Positions 19,218 through 29,986 of a stretch of DNA of 64,000 nt are shown here, piece by piece. A program made the position numbers and the translations under genes. The notes beneath the pieces were generated by a model that had not been told where the DNA came from, did no database searches, and worked only from the letters and a program-made list of their open reading frames with translations. The first letter of the stretch is position 1; every line of letters starts with the position of its first letter. The stretch spans positions 32,001-96,000 of the forward strand of contig JBDRLL010000006.1 in assembly GCA_043813075.1 (NCBI GenBank). The letters are read 5' to 3'. The stretch comes from Candidatus Altiarchaeota archaeon. Lineage in GTDB: Archaea; Altiarchaeota; Altiarchaeia; IMC4; SCGC-AAA252-I15.

Positions 19218-19843
19218 TACCTGTAGGTGACGCCATAAACGTATTGGGTCTGGGAATTCTTCTTCTTGTAGTAGTATCCGTAGGCCAGGCCGAAAAGTAG
19301 GCCGCCGAGGTGGGCGTTATGCGCTATGGAACCCATTGTGCCCATCATCTCGAAGAGGGAGTAGAACACGTAGAAGGAAGCCCATATGTAGAGTGGCATG
19401 GGGAATATCAGGTTGAAGTATATGATCTGATGCGGGCGGAGCACAACCAGCATGCCCATGACCGCGAATATGGCTCCTGAAGCGCCGACGGCAGGTATGT
19501 TTGGGGGAGGTATGTTGAACACGAGTGAAGTGAATAGGTAGGATAGACTCGCGAAGACTCCGCCTATGAAATAGACTTTCCTGAACTCCTTAACGCCGAC
19601 TATGGACTCTAGGAACGAGCCGAACATGATTATCCCAAAAAACACGTTGAAGAAGATGTGCCAGATGTCGCTGTGCATGAACATGCTCGTGACTATGGTC
19701 CACGGGGTTTGGAGTATGCGGTCTGGTATCAACGCAAGATAGTAGAACGATAGGACTGGGAACGCTAGGGAGACGAAGAACATGAATGCGTTAGCTGCGA
19801 CCAGCAATCTCACAAAATTACTCATCCTCATACCGAAAAACAT
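19211..19843 (-). CDS. Rhomboid intramembrane serine protease
   Basis: 'TSMFMH...HIFFN', 'GASGA', 'AHLGG'. Confidence 0.92.
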   Translation of the reverse strand: MFFGMRMSNFVRLLVAANAFMFFVSLAFPVLSFYYLALIPDRILQTPWTIVTSMFMHSDIWHIFFNVFFGIIMFGSFLESIVGVKEFRKVYFIGGVFASLSYLFTSLVFNIPPPNIPAVGASGAIFAVMGMLVVLRPHQIIYFNLIFPMPLYIWASFYVFYSLFEMMGTMGSIAHNAHLGGLLFGLAYGYYYKKKNSQTQYVYGVTYRYQ

Positions 19844-19853
19844 AATACACCAC

Positions 19854-21008
19854 CTAATTGTATCCAGCGTTAATCATCACGTACTCGGGAGTCATATCAC
19901 ACCCCCAGGAAGTCGCAGAATAACGCCCTTTGCTAAGGTTAACAGTAACTGTTATCTCACTTGACTTTAGGATCTTCCTAGCCTGCTTCAAATCACCCAT
20001 AACACCATTCTTCAGTAGGACGGCAGCACCCTTATCAGACTCGAATACTATGCTAACCTTACGATAGTCGATGCTGACGACACTGCCGATTGACGCCAGT
20101 ATCCTGCCCCAATTAGGGTTCTCGCCGTAAAACGCAGTCTTCACTAGGGGGGACGAGGCGACAGCCTTCGCCGCCTTCCTGGCTTCGACGACACTCCCAC
20201 CGCCATTCACGTTGAATTCAATGAACTTTGACGCCCCCTCACCGTCAACAGCCATCTGCCTGCACAATCCGACACATACGTTGGATAGCATGGACTTGAA
20301 TAATCCCGGACTGCACTTCCTCCTCCTGTTGGACAACAACAGCACAACATCATTCGTACTCATGTCCCCGTCCACAACAGTCATGTTGAAGGAGCCGCCG
20401 ACCGCGTCAGACAGAGACTTCTGCATAACACCCCTCGAGACGTCGGCATTGGTGGTTATGAAACATAGCATGGTCGCCATATCCGGCGCAATCATCCCAG
20501 CACCCTTGAGGATGCCGCCAACCTGAATCCCCTCATGCTCTATGGAATACTGCTTGGGGAACGTGTCGGTAGTCATGATTGCCTTCGCAGCCTCGATGCT
20601 CGCCTTGCCGGAACATGACAACCTGGCGGAAGAGAACTTCATGAGGCCGACAACCTTGTTGACATCCATTGGGCGGCCGATTATACCAGTAGATGCGACT
20701 GCTATGTTTCGGGTGTGGACGCCCATCTCGAGTGAAGCAGCTTTCATAACATCCATTGCATCTTCCATCCCATGTGAGACGCACGCGTTGGCGTTCCCGG
20801 AGTTGGCGACGACAGCCTGAAGCCCGTTCTTGACCGCCCTCTTGGAGAGTGTTACCGGCGCTGCCTTAACGCTGTTCCTCGTGAAAACCCCGACACTATC
20901 ACACACCTGATCTGCTTTCACAACAGCAACACCATATTTCCCGTCCCTGACGCCGTAGGCCTTGAATCCTTCAGTGCATACGCCGCGCTTTGTTGGTTTA
21001 TAATCCAC
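19854..21008 (-). CDS. argJ: Ornithine acetyltransferase
   Basis: 'NSGNANA', 'IMTTDT', 'KGAGMIAPDMATML', 'STND', 'DGEGA'. Confidence 0.95.
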   Translation of the reverse strand: MDYKPTKRGVCTEGFKAYGVRDGKYGVAVVKADQVCDSVGVFTRNSVKAAPVTLSKRAVKNGLQAVVANSGNANACVSHGMEDAMDVMKAASLEMGVHTRNIAVASTGIIGRPMDVNKVVGLMKFSSARLSCSGKASIEAAKAIMTTDTFPKQYSIEHEGIQVGGILKGAGMIAPDMATMLCFITTNADVSRGVMQKSLSDAVGGSFNMTVVDGDMSTNDVVLLLSNRRRKCSPGLFKSMLSNVCVGLCRQMAVDGEGASKFIEFNVNGGGSVVEARKAAKAVASSPLVKTAFYGENPNWGRILASIGSVVSIDYRKVSIVFESDKGAAVLLKNGVMGDLKQARKILKSSEITVTVNLSKGRYSATSWGCDMTPEYVMINAGYN

Positions 21009-21055
21009 TGTCTATAATTATTAAGCCTATACTTGAAAAATATAAGTTCTTGAAG

Positions 21056-22414
21056 ATGCGCGAGAAATGTGCTGTAATCGGGGTCAAAGGCAGGTCAGAC
21101 GTCTTTGAAACGCTGTATAGGGGTCTTTTCGCCATGCAGCACCGTGGGCAGGAGTCCGCAGGCATTGCAGTACAGAACGACAGGATACGCGTGCACAAGG
21201 ATATGGGACTCATCTCTGAAGTCTTCAGGAACGCATACCTGTCCGGCAACATTGGCATAGGGCACGTCAGATATTCCACCACAGGCGAGTCAAAGTCGGA
21301 GAACGCCCAGCCACTGCTGATAAACTATTCCAAAGGCAGTTTCGCCATCGCCCACAACGGCAACATAGTGAACCAGGGCGAGCTGAAGCAGGAGCTCGAG
21401 TCTAAGGGCAGCATATTCATGACCACCACCGACACCGAGCTCATAGCACAACTCATAGCCCAGGAACACGTCAGCAGGGAGAGTTTCATCGAGTCCATAC
21501 AGGCGGTCATGAAGAGACTTGTCGGATCATACTCGCTGACGATACTCCACGAGGGGAGGGTGATAGCGGTCAGAGACCCTTCGGGAGTAAGGCCACTGTG
21601 CTTCGGTCAGTCGGACGATTATTTCGTGGTAGCGTCTGAAAGCTGTGCGCTGGACACGCTAAACGTGAAGCTGGTGAGGGACATAAAGCCTTCTGAGATA
21701 CTCGTCATAGGCGACACCATCGAATCGTACAGCGGGGTTAAGGACAGGATATGCCACTGCATGTTCGAATACGTGTACTTTGCGAGGGCAGACTCTGTGA
21801 TAGACGGGATACCAGTCTACGAGGCCAGGACAAACCTCGGGAAGATTCTCGCGGAAGAGTCTGGCGTCAAAGCAGACCTGGTTTGCGCGGTCCCAGACTC
21901 CGGGATAACACATGCGATAGGATACGCGAGGGGCTCTAAGATACCCTACGGCGAATGCCTAATGAAGAACCGTTACGTTGGCAGGACTTTCATACTTCCA
22001 GAGCAGTCCCAGAGGGACGTGAGCACCAAGATGAAGCTGAATCCCATAAGAAGCCAGGTTGATGGCAAGAGGATAATACTCATAGACGACTCCATAGTAA
22101 GGGGCACGACAACGAGGAGGATAGTCAAGATGCTTAAGGAGGCTGGAGCCAAGGAAGTGCACGTGAGGGTGGCTTCACCCCCATTAAAACACCCCTGCAG
22201 ATATGGCATAGACATGCAGGTGAGCGAGGAGTTCATTGCGGCAGAAAAGACGGTGGACGAGATACGGGACGTGATAGGCGCGAAAAGCCTGGCGTACATA
22301 AGCATAGAGGGGCTTGTGAAGGCCATATGCATCAGTAAGGATGAGCTGTGCCTCGCCTGCCTGAACGGGGATTATCCGCTGCGGGAAAAGCAGACTAAAC
22401 TTACTGATGAATAA
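21056..22414 (+). CDS. purF: Amidophosphoribosyltransferase
   Basis: N-terminal 'MREKC', 'QHRGQESAG', 'HVRYST', 'DDSIVRGTT'. Confidence 0.95.
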   Translation: MREKCAVIGVKGRSDVFETLYRGLFAMQHRGQESAGIAVQNDRIRVHKDMGLISEVFRNAYLSGNIGIGHVRYSTTGESKSENAQPLLINYSKGSFAIAHNGNIVNQGELKQELESKGSIFMTTTDTELIAQLIAQEHVSRESFIESIQAVMKRLVGSYSLTILHEGRVIAVRDPSGVRPLCFGQSDDYFVVASESCALDTLNVKLVRDIKPSEILVIGDTIESYSGVKDRICHCMFEYVYFARADSVIDGIPVYEARTNLGKILAEESGVKADLVCAVPDSGITHAIGYARGSKIPYGECLMKNRYVGRTFILPEQSQRDVSTKMKLNPIRSQVDGKRIILIDDSIVRGTTTRRIVKMLKEAGAKEVHVRVASPPLKHPCRYGIDMQVSEEFIAAEKTVDEIRDVIGAKSLAYISIEGLVKAICISKDELCLACLNGDYPLREKQTKLTDE

Positions 22415-23459
22415 GTACCTTATAGTGGGGGTAGACCCTGGGACGACGACTGGAGTTGCGCTCATCGACTTGAAGGGGAATCTGGTTTCTGTAACAAGCT
22501 CCAGGGACATGGGACTGTCAGGAGTCATAGAACACATAGTGTCTCATGGAGTGCCTTCCATGATGGCTTGTGACGTCAACCCCGCCCCAGGGATGGTGTC
22601 GAAACTGGCTTCAAGCATGGGCGTCGCCACATACGTCCCTGATAAACCTCTTTCAGTGAGCGAGAAGATAGGGTTAACGCGGGGGTTAGACACTAGCGAC
22701 GCCCACCAGAGAGACTCGCTGGCTGCGGCACTCAACGCCTTCATAAAGAATAAGAACCTTTTCAAGAAGATAGAGTCTAAGGGCCTGGGTGACGATGTAA
22801 AACACATAGTGCTCCAAGGCTATTCGATAGAGTATGCCGCGCGGATATTATCCGAGCCGGAACCTGCCGTTGATGAGGGGGAAGACAGGAAGAAGTCTGT
22901 GAGGGAGCTAAGTCCCGGTGAAAAGAGGATAAGGTCCCTTGAAAAGAGAGTGAGGAACCTTTCCATAGAATTGGGTGTGAAAGACGCTGACATAGTCAGG
23001 CTCCATGAGGAGATAGCAGGATTAAAGGCTAGGAACCACGTTAAACAGGGCTTAAGAGACACGTCATCAGAGAACACCATAAGAAACCTTGAGATAAGGG
23101 TTGGCAGCCTGAAAAACCAGATAAGGCTTGAGAAATCAGTCAGAAGGATGCTGTTAGATGCTGTGAAGGGCGGTAAACAACTTGTGGGAGTATATCCTGA
23201 AGTGATAGGCGGTTACACCATCATAAGGAAAAAAATAAGGGCAAGTGACATAGAACAGGATAAAGTGAGGAGGGTATTCACTGACGTCAATGCAAACCAT
23301 GAGACGCTAAGGGAAAGAGGAATACCAGTGCATGGCACAGACAAGCTAAAGCAGGTTGACGGGATATGGTTCATGGATAAGACGAGTCTGGATGAGATGA
23401 GGAATGAAATTTCAGTCGAAGGATTGATACACGAATACAGGAACAGGAAAAAACGCTAG
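22407..23459 (+). CDS. DUF460 family protein (RNase H-like fold plus coiled coil)
   Basis: 'IVGVDPGTTTGVA', 'HQRDSLAAA'. Confidence 0.85.
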   Translation: MNKYLIVGVDPGTTTGVALIDLKGNLVSVTSSRDMGLSGVIEHIVSHGVPSMMACDVNPAPGMVSKLASSMGVATYVPDKPLSVSEKIGLTRGLDTSDAHQRDSLAAALNAFIKNKNLFKKIESKGLGDDVKHIVLQGYSIEYAARILSEPEPAVDEGEDRKKSVRELSPGEKRIRSLEKRVRNLSIELGVKDADIVRLHEEIAGLKARNHVKQGLRDTSSENTIRNLEIRVGSLKNQIRLEKSVRRMLLDAVKGGKQLVGVYPEVIGGYTIIRKKIRASDIEQDKVRRVFTDVNANHETLRERGIPVHGTDKLKQVDGIWFMDKTSLDEMRNEISVEGLIHEYRNRKKR

Positions 23460-23477
23460 GAGGGTGCGTGAACACCC

Positions 23478-24173
23478 TCATATTATCCCAGCAGCAAGAG
23501 CCATCAAAGCCTTCCTAGGGTCCGCGGCCTTCGTCACGCCGGAAGCTAGCAGCACGCCTATTGTGCCAAGCTTCAGCGCATCCCTCACGTCGTCGCCGGT
23601 CTTCACTCCAGCACCAGTGAGAACGCCAACACCAGGATCAATCCCGTTGACTGCATCAACAACGCCGGTGACAAGCTCGGGCCTCGTTGTGACAGACACG
23701 TCACCCCCGATAAGGTCCGGGGGCTCGGCTGCCACGAAATCAGGCTTCAATGCGGCGATAGCCTTCGTCTCCTCAATCGTCTCGTCATTAGTCTTCTTGC
23801 CGGAGCAGACTATGCTGGTCAGACCCGCCTCACGGGCGGCCTCGACCCGTGCCCTGATGCCGTCCAAGTCGAGCTTGCGTTCTGAATGGCTTATCAGCGT
23901 GCCGACAGCGCCCGCCTGCTTGACTGCCTCAGGCATTATCCAGCCAGTACTGCTCCCATACTTGACAGGGTCTATGTGCTGGGCGAATACGGGTATGCTC
24001 ACCGCGTCTGCGATGGTCTTTATGTCCGTCGGCTGGACCGCCACTATGATGTTTGCGCCGGTCTCTGCCGCGACTTCGTCGCATATCTTAGCCAGGGCTA
24101 GGGCTTTACCGCCTGTCGCCTCAGCGTACGTCTTGAAGTTAACCACAATGCTCTTGCTCAAGTCAACTGCCAT
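23478..24173 (-). CDS. tpiA: Triosephosphate isomerase (archaeal type)
   Basis: 'VNFKTY', 'HSER', 'EPPDLIG', 'GVLLASGV'. Confidence 0.95.
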   Translation of the reverse strand: MAVDLSKSIVVNFKTYAEATGGKALALAKICDEVAAETGANIIVAVQPTDIKTIADAVSIPVFAQHIDPVKYGSSTGWIMPEAVKQAGAVGTLISHSERKLDLDGIRARVEAAREAGLTSIVCSGKKTNDETIEETKAIAALKPDFVAAEPPDLIGGDVSVTTRPELVTGVVDAVNGIDPGVGVLTGAGVKTGDDVRDALKLGTIGVLLASGVTKAADPRKALMALAAGII

Positions 24174-24204
24174 TTTATCACCTTCAATAGATTAGATTAA
24201 CAAG

Positions 24205-25362
24205 TTAAATCTTATCTGAAGCAAGCTTCTTATAGACTTCAAGCGTCCTGCCCGCGATAGCATCCCAGTTGAATTCACTCCTCGCCCTGCTGACGTAGGA
24301 GGGAAGCCTTTCACTGGCAATGCCGCCTTCAACGATACCCCTCACTCCAGCGAGTATGGAGTCCATGCTGGTGTCTGGAAGCTCCTCCACCACCCCGCAC
24401 TTGTCGAGTATGTCCCGCATGCCACTCTTTCTCTGCGCTAGGACAGGAATCCCTGATGACAACGCCTCCACCAGGCTAAGACAGAAACCCTCCACCTCGG
24501 CGGTGTGCACCAGAAGGTCTGCCGCATTATAATAGTAGGGTAGCATGTCCTCGGACACGAAGCCTTTGAAGAAAACGTTCTTAACGCCCATCCTACCGGC
24601 AAGTGACTTCATGCTATTCTCGAGAGGCCCTCCGCCACATATCAAGAGCTTATAGCCGCCCAATAACGCCATTGATTTTATCAGCGCAGCCAGGTTCTTA
24701 CGCTCCTCAAGCCTGCCGACAAAGAGGAGTATCTTGTCGTCGTGTGAGAGTCCCAGCCGGTCGCGTGAGTCGTGCCTGTCTCGCGGCTTGAACCGCTCTG
24801 TATCAACGCCGCTGTTGGTGACCGTTATGCTGGATTCTGCAATGCCATAGTCTTCAACAAGGCTTCTGCGAGTGTATTCGCTCATGGCTATGAAGTGCCG
24901 GGATGACTTGAAGCTCATCCTCTCAAGGCGGTCCCTGAGTTTATAGTAGAATAGATTGTTCATCATCCCGGTCGAGGAGTTGCCCCCGTTGAGTGAGACG
25001 AAATCCATTTCCGCCTTCATCGTATGGTGCACTGTCTCCAGCTTCCGTCCTGAAAGCATGAATCCCATACCAGAGCTGCTGTGTACAATATCGTATTCAT
25101 CAGCCAGCTTACCGTACTTACGGTAGATGCTGTATCCTGACGACGGGAAACGGAGTCCAGGCAGGTCTATGAAGCCGACCCTATCAACGCTGACGCGCTC
25201 GTCGATCGGAACTTCAGAACGGATGTGCTCCTTCTTCTTGTCAGGAACGACAACATCATACTCGACCTTGCCACAGAGCCTGGAGGTTATGTTGTATGCG
25301 TAAACGCCAGCCCCACCCCGTATGAACGGCGGGTACTCGTCTGTAGCGAAAAGAACGCGCAT
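24205..25362 (-). CDS. Glycosyltransferase family 4
   Basis: 'GGAG', 'FVGRLEERKN', 'EGFCLSLVEA'. Confidence 0.9.
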   Translation of the reverse strand: MRVLFATDEYPPFIRGGAGVYAYNITSRLCGKVEYDVVVPDKKKEHIRSEVPIDERVSVDRVGFIDLPGLRFPSSGYSIYRKYGKLADEYDIVHSSSGMGFMLSGRKLETVHHTMKAEMDFVSLNGGNSSTGMMNNLFYYKLRDRLERMSFKSSRHFIAMSEYTRRSLVEDYGIAESSITVTNSGVDTERFKPRDRHDSRDRLGLSHDDKILLFVGRLEERKNLAALIKSMALLGGYKLLICGGGPLENSMKSLAGRMGVKNVFFKGFVSEDMLPYYYNAADLLVHTAEVEGFCLSLVEALSSGIPVLAQRKSGMRDILDKCGVVEELPDTSMDSILAGVRGIVEGGIASERLPSYVSRARSEFNWDAIAGRTLEVYKKLASDKI

Positions 25363-25368
25363 GGTAGA

Positions 25369-26496
25369 CTATTGGAGTTGTTTTTTTAATAGAATCAATA
25401 CCTTAGAGGCCGCGATATCCCACGTGAAATACTGTTCGACCCTGCTCCTGCCAGCTGAACCCATCTCCCTTGAAAGCCGGTCGTCTGAAAGCAACTCCTT
25501 GATCCTACCGGCAAGGGCGTCAACATCCCTGGGTTCCACCAGAAAACCATTCACCCCCTCCTCAACAACCTCCACGACCCCGCCGGACTTGTAGGCCACT
25601 ACTGGCTTCCCGCATGCCCCAGCCTCCGCCAGCACGATGCCGAACCCCTCCCGCGTGGAAGGCAGGACCAGCAGGGTGGAATTCTTGATTTCACGTATAA
25701 CATCATCATTATCCAAGACTCCCATGAAAGACACGTTATCCTCGAGTCCCATGTGAGAGGTCATTGCCTCGAGTTTCCTGCGCTCAGCCCCGCTGCCCAC
25801 CACCTTCAACGTGACGCCAGGGAATTCCGGGATAATCATTCCGAATGCGCGTATAAGGTCGTCAACATGCTTGTGGGATATGAGCCGTCCCACGAATATT
25901 ATCGACTTCTTCACAGGGGCCTTTACATTGAGCGAGTCGACGTAAGACAGGTCAACGCCGTTGGGGACGATATTGATCTTATCCTCGCTGACGCCGTACT
26001 CGTGGACGAGGATGTTGCGCGTGCTTAAGCTGACCGTCAGTATCCGGTCATAGGGGATTTTAAGGAGAATCCACTCCACAATACCAGCCAGCCAACCAGG
26101 ATACTGACCGCTCCACTCATTACGATAGACGTCATGGACTGTTGCGAAGAGGGGCACGTCCCTGAACCGGGTTGCGATGAATGCAGGTATCAGGGGGACG
26201 TACGTGTTGGCTTCTATTGCGTCGAAACTGTTCTTAAGCAGATAGTATAACGCAGACAGCATGTAGTGGGCGAACTGTATTACGTTGCGTTTAGGAGGGT
26301 TTCTCACGCGCGGGCCAATGTGGACGACGCGGACACCGTCGACTTCCTCCGCGTCTTCAACGCCGCGCAACCTCATTGACAGTATTGTGACATCCACACC
26401 ATCCTTGACGAGCCTTCGGGCTATCTCGTGTATCCTGACCTCACCGCCTCCCTTGACGTGCGGGAAGTTAAAATCAGTGAGCACGCACAATTTCAT
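25369..26496 (-). CDS. Glycosyltransferase family 4
   Basis: 'GGGE', 'FVGRLISHK', 'EGFGIVLAEA'. Confidence 0.9.
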   Translation of the reverse strand: MKLCVLTDFNFPHVKGGGEVRIHEIARRLVKDGVDVTILSMRLRGVEDAEEVDGVRVVHIGPRVRNPPKRNVIQFAHYMLSALYYLLKNSFDAIEANTYVPLIPAFIATRFRDVPLFATVHDVYRNEWSGQYPGWLAGIVEWILLKIPYDRILTVSLSTRNILVHEYGVSEDKINIVPNGVDLSYVDSLNVKAPVKKSIIFVGRLISHKHVDDLIRAFGMIIPEFPGVTLKVVGSGAERRKLEAMTSHMGLEDNVSFMGVLDNDDVIREIKNSTLLVLPSTREGFGIVLAEAGACGKPVVAYKSGGVVEVVEEGVNGFLVEPRDVDALAGRIKELLSDDRLSREMGSAGRSRVEQYFTWDIAASKVLILLKKQLQ

Positions 26497-27626
26497 TTTC
26501 CAACTACACCCTCGTATACTTTAAGCACCCTTTCACCCACCTTAGTCCAGTCGTATTCGCCGAGGAACGGGGCTCCCGGAGTCACATCGCCAGCAAGAGC
26601 CTGCTTTATCTTTGAAGCCAGGTCAGACACATCCCCTGGAGTGAATAGGAGTCCGCCGACCCCGCCACGCGTAGCCTCCCTAAACGGCGGTATGTCTGAC
26701 GCTACGTAAGGTACCTGGAGGGCCATCGCCTCGACGAGCGTTATGCCGAATCCTTCCACACTGCTGGGATGGCAGTAGACGCTGGAGGATTTCATGGCTT
26801 CAAGCACGTCAGCATGACGCGGTATGAATCCCTTGAAGTCTATGGAGTCTGACACACCCAGTTTTTTCGCTAGGGACTTTAGGTTCTCCAGTTCAGGGCC
26901 TGTTCCCACGAGGACTAGCCTTGCCTCAGGGTATTCCATCCTGACTATCGGAAGCGCCTTGATAAGGTCGTCGACGTGCTTGTACCCAACCAGGCGGGAT
27001 ACGCAGGATATTACCGGAGCGTCCTGCCTGAGTGCCTTCGCATTCTGGCACTGCTTCAAGTCAACGCCATTATGCACCACGGTTATGTCTCCACCTGCAA
27101 CGCCGTTTCGGACAAGTTTTTCCCGCGTATACTCGCTAACAGAGATGTATTTATCCCACTTTCTCGATAGGACATACCGCTCAAGCATCTCACCCAATAT
27201 GCCGGAAAATCCTACGTTGCCAACCCACTCGCCCAACCACACGTCATGGTAGGTGGCGACACGCCTCCCGCAGCCCGACCGCCATGCAACGGGGTAGGTC
27301 ATGAAGCTTGAGCCGTCCACTATATCATAACTTTTCGCACTTATCTCCCTGATCGCATTCCTCATGAACATGAACCGCTTGGACAACGAGGAGGCCTGGG
27401 AGTACTCCACCTCAGGTCCCACGCGGACGACGCTTATGCCGTTGAACTCTGCCTCGCGCTCCAGACCATTTTCCAGTAGGGTGTAGACTGTGACGTCGTT
27501 TTTCTCGGCGAGGTTCTTCGCGACATGGAATGCCCTGGCCTCCACGCCTCCGCGGACTTCGCAGTCGCTTGTGTGGGGGAAGAACTCGCTTGTTATCGCA
27601 ATGTCCATGTGTTTCAGATTACACAT
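26493..27626 (-). CDS. Glycosyltransferase family 4
   Basis: 'GGVE', 'SRLVGYK', 'EGFGITLVEA'. Confidence 0.9.
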   Translation of the reverse strand: MCNLKHMDIAITSEFFPHTSDCEVRGGVEARAFHVAKNLAEKNDVTVYTLLENGLEREAEFNGISVVRVGPEVEYSQASSLSKRFMFMRNAIREISAKSYDIVDGSSFMTYPVAWRSGCGRRVATYHDVWLGEWVGNVGFSGILGEMLERYVLSRKWDKYISVSEYTREKLVRNGVAGGDITVVHNGVDLKQCQNAKALRQDAPVISCVSRLVGYKHVDDLIKALPIVRMEYPEARLVLVGTGPELENLKSLAKKLGVSDSIDFKGFIPRHADVLEAMKSSSVYCHPSSVEGFGITLVEAMALQVPYVASDIPPFREATRGGVGGLLFTPGDVSDLASKIKQALAGDVTPGAPFLGEYDWTKVGERVLKVYEGVVGK

Positions 27627-27654
27627 AAATCTAGGAACTTATATAACAACCTTG

Positions 27655-29937
27655 CTAGAGGCAGTTGACGTAGAATACTTCAACCCCGTTGTTGGATGGT
27701 TCAACAGACTCCTCCTTCAACACCTCCAGCCCATCGTTCCTGCCGCTCGCGATGTTGTAGTTGTGGTAGGGGTACTTCCTCTCAAAAGTGAATTCAACGG
27801 GCTTCACCTCACCCTTCTCGAAGAACACGCTCCTCTTGTCTAATGACTCCACAATCATCTTCTGCATCATCTGAGACGCAGTCAAGTCGACCAGAAGCAG
27901 GTCTATCCCATACTCTCCAGCATCGCCCGTGTTACGGAACGCCACTGTGCCCTTGAAACCCCAGCCGCCGTCACCGAGAGGGTAAGCCCGCATGCTGCAG
28001 TTGGATATGTTACCGATATCGGCTGGAATCACATATGCGGCGTCCTTCAGCTCGTTGGCTTCGAATGAATCATTAAGAGCATACGTTTGCATGCCATGTT
28101 CGCCGACAATATCGAGCTTCAAGCCGGCCTGCCTTCCGTCACCGTAGTTCTGCATTACCGCCCCAACCACAACACCCCTGCCCTTACCAGCACCCAAGTC
28201 CGGTGAGACTTCATACAGCATCAACTCCACGCCAGTATACGGGTCGACCTCGCTCTTAACCAGCCTGAAGTATGCTGGGTCAGCCATCCTGTGCCTCAGC
28301 TTGTATACCGCGAGATGGTCGGCCAACTCCACAGGGGGAACCTGGTCAGGCATCATAACAAGGCCGCCCGATATCGCGTATGCCATCCTCCCCTCCTGGT
28401 TGACGACATTGAAGTTTAGGCTGTTTATCATGACGTGAGTCACCTTGCTACGGGATAGGGCAATTGCGGCGGCTTTTTCAGGCATCCACAACGAATCGTG
28501 GATGTTCTTCCGTATTACACCGGGGTTAGAGACGGATTTCATTCCTGACAGGGATTCGAGCATGTACCCCCTATCCCACCTTGTCAGCACCCTGCCATCC
28601 ACGCCCTGCACGCCAAGCCAGCGGTAGAACTGGTATTCCGTGTCATATCCTATCCTACGAGGGTCCGAGTCCATGACGTACATGGCGTTGACAGTAAAGC
28701 TTGACAGCACAAGCAATGATAGTATAGCAAGCTCCCGCCAATGGCCTGCGAGCTTCCATGAAGCTGCGACAACACCGAGTGAGGCCAGTATGAACACGTT
28801 CTGGAAGCTCTCCCGCGTGTCAAGGGAATCGTATGCGTAGACAAGGCAGGGCACTGCAATCACCAGAAGGACGATCCATAGTCCGCCAACATTGTTTCTC
28901 TTGAGTGCTTTTGCCATTGGCTTGCCCGCCCATGACAGCAATGCCTTCTCAGACTCCAGCCAGGAGGTTATGACGTGGCCAGCCAGCATGCAAACGCCAA
29001 GGTCGGATATCCTCGTCCCCCTGTCGAATATGAAGGCGAGCATGAATCCGGTGAGCGTCAGCGTTATGCCGATAGTATCACGCCTGCGGACTGCGATGGG
29101 GATTGCAAGGGGGATTAGGAAGAGGAGTATGTTGTTCCTAAGCCAGAAGTTGCTCGGCTCGATGGGCTTCACGTCCGCACTACCATAGCGTCCCTGCGGG
29201 AGGGACTCCAGCATATTTGAGATGTAATGGGGCACGACCGTCAACCCGGCGATGACTATGACGACCGACACCATTGCTATGTAGGCGGGATATATTCTCG
29301 CAAGATCCTTCTTCTTTACGCGCCCACTGAACAGATGCTCGACCACGAAGTAGCCGACGTATAAGCCGGCGACACCAAGGCCGACATAGATACTCTCGTT
29401 GATGAACATTGCAGGATAAATTATCGCAATGAATAACACGCCCCAGAACAGCCTACCCCCTCCTTTGGCTTTCACCGCCTTGACCACGCAAAAAAGAGCG
29501 GCTGCTATCAGAAGCAGCTGGAGGTGATCGTGGGTGAAGCCGACGAGAGACAATGCGAGCGGCTCTATCATTGACGTGTATATCATAGCGGACGCGAACG
29601 CGGCCTCGCGTCCATGCTGCTCCCTGACTAGGTAATATATCATGAGCCCTGTGAGCGACGCTAGCAGCGTGCTTAGGAATACGATAGCGTAGAAAAGCTG
29701 GTTCTCTGGGATGATGAAACCCAGAGCCTGGAGCAGCCATACGGTAGGGTCCATCAGCTCGTATGCGGGCAGCAGGGTGCCCTTAGCCACCCCATAGTAG
29801 AACCATGTTTCCGTGTGGTTGACGGAATGCCAGCCGTATTTCGTGAAGAAAAGCAGGTTAAGCACCGTCCGTAGTATCACCCCAGATAATAGTATGATGA
29901 ACGCCTGCCTCCTGCCGTCAGACCTGAAAAAATCCAT
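27655..29937 (-). CDS. Divergent STT3/AglB-like oligosaccharyltransferase homolog
   Basis: About 13 TMs, 'GFTHDH', and 'VLTRWDRGY' at the position of the WWDYG motif, followed by a soluble C-terminal domain. Confidence 0.6.
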   Translation of the reverse strand: MDFFRSDGRRQAFIILLSGVILRTVLNLLFFTKYGWHSVNHTETWFYYGVAKGTLLPAYELMDPTVWLLQALGFIIPENQLFYAIVFLSTLLASLTGLMIYYLVREQHGREAAFASAMIYTSMIEPLALSLVGFTHDHLQLLLIAAALFCVVKAVKAKGGGRLFWGVLFIAIIYPAMFINESIYVGLGVAGLYVGYFVVEHLFSGRVKKKDLARIYPAYIAMVSVVIVIAGLTVVPHYISNMLESLPQGRYGSADVKPIEPSNFWLRNNILLFLIPLAIPIAVRRRDTIGITLTLTGFMLAFIFDRGTRISDLGVCMLAGHVITSWLESEKALLSWAGKPMAKALKRNNVGGLWIVLLVIAVPCLVYAYDSLDTRESFQNVFILASLGVVAASWKLAGHWRELAILSLLVLSSFTVNAMYVMDSDPRRIGYDTEYQFYRWLGVQGVDGRVLTRWDRGYMLESLSGMKSVSNPGVIRKNIHDSLWMPEKAAAIALSRSKVTHVMINSLNFNVVNQEGRMAYAISGGLVMMPDQVPPVELADHLAVYKLRHRMADPAYFRLVKSEVDPYTGVELMLYEVSPDLGAGKGRGVVVGAVMQNYGDGRQAGLKLDIVGEHGMQTYALNDSFEANELKDAAYVIPADIGNISNCSMRAYPLGDGGWGFKGTVAFRNTGDAGEYGIDLLLVDLTASQMMQKMIVESLDKRSVFFEKGEVKPVEFTFERKYPYHNYNIASGRNDGLEVLKEESVEPSNNGVEVFYVNCL

Positions 29938-29986
29938 CTTATAGTGTATAGATTATCTCCAGTTTAACATAAGACTGTCTTATACG

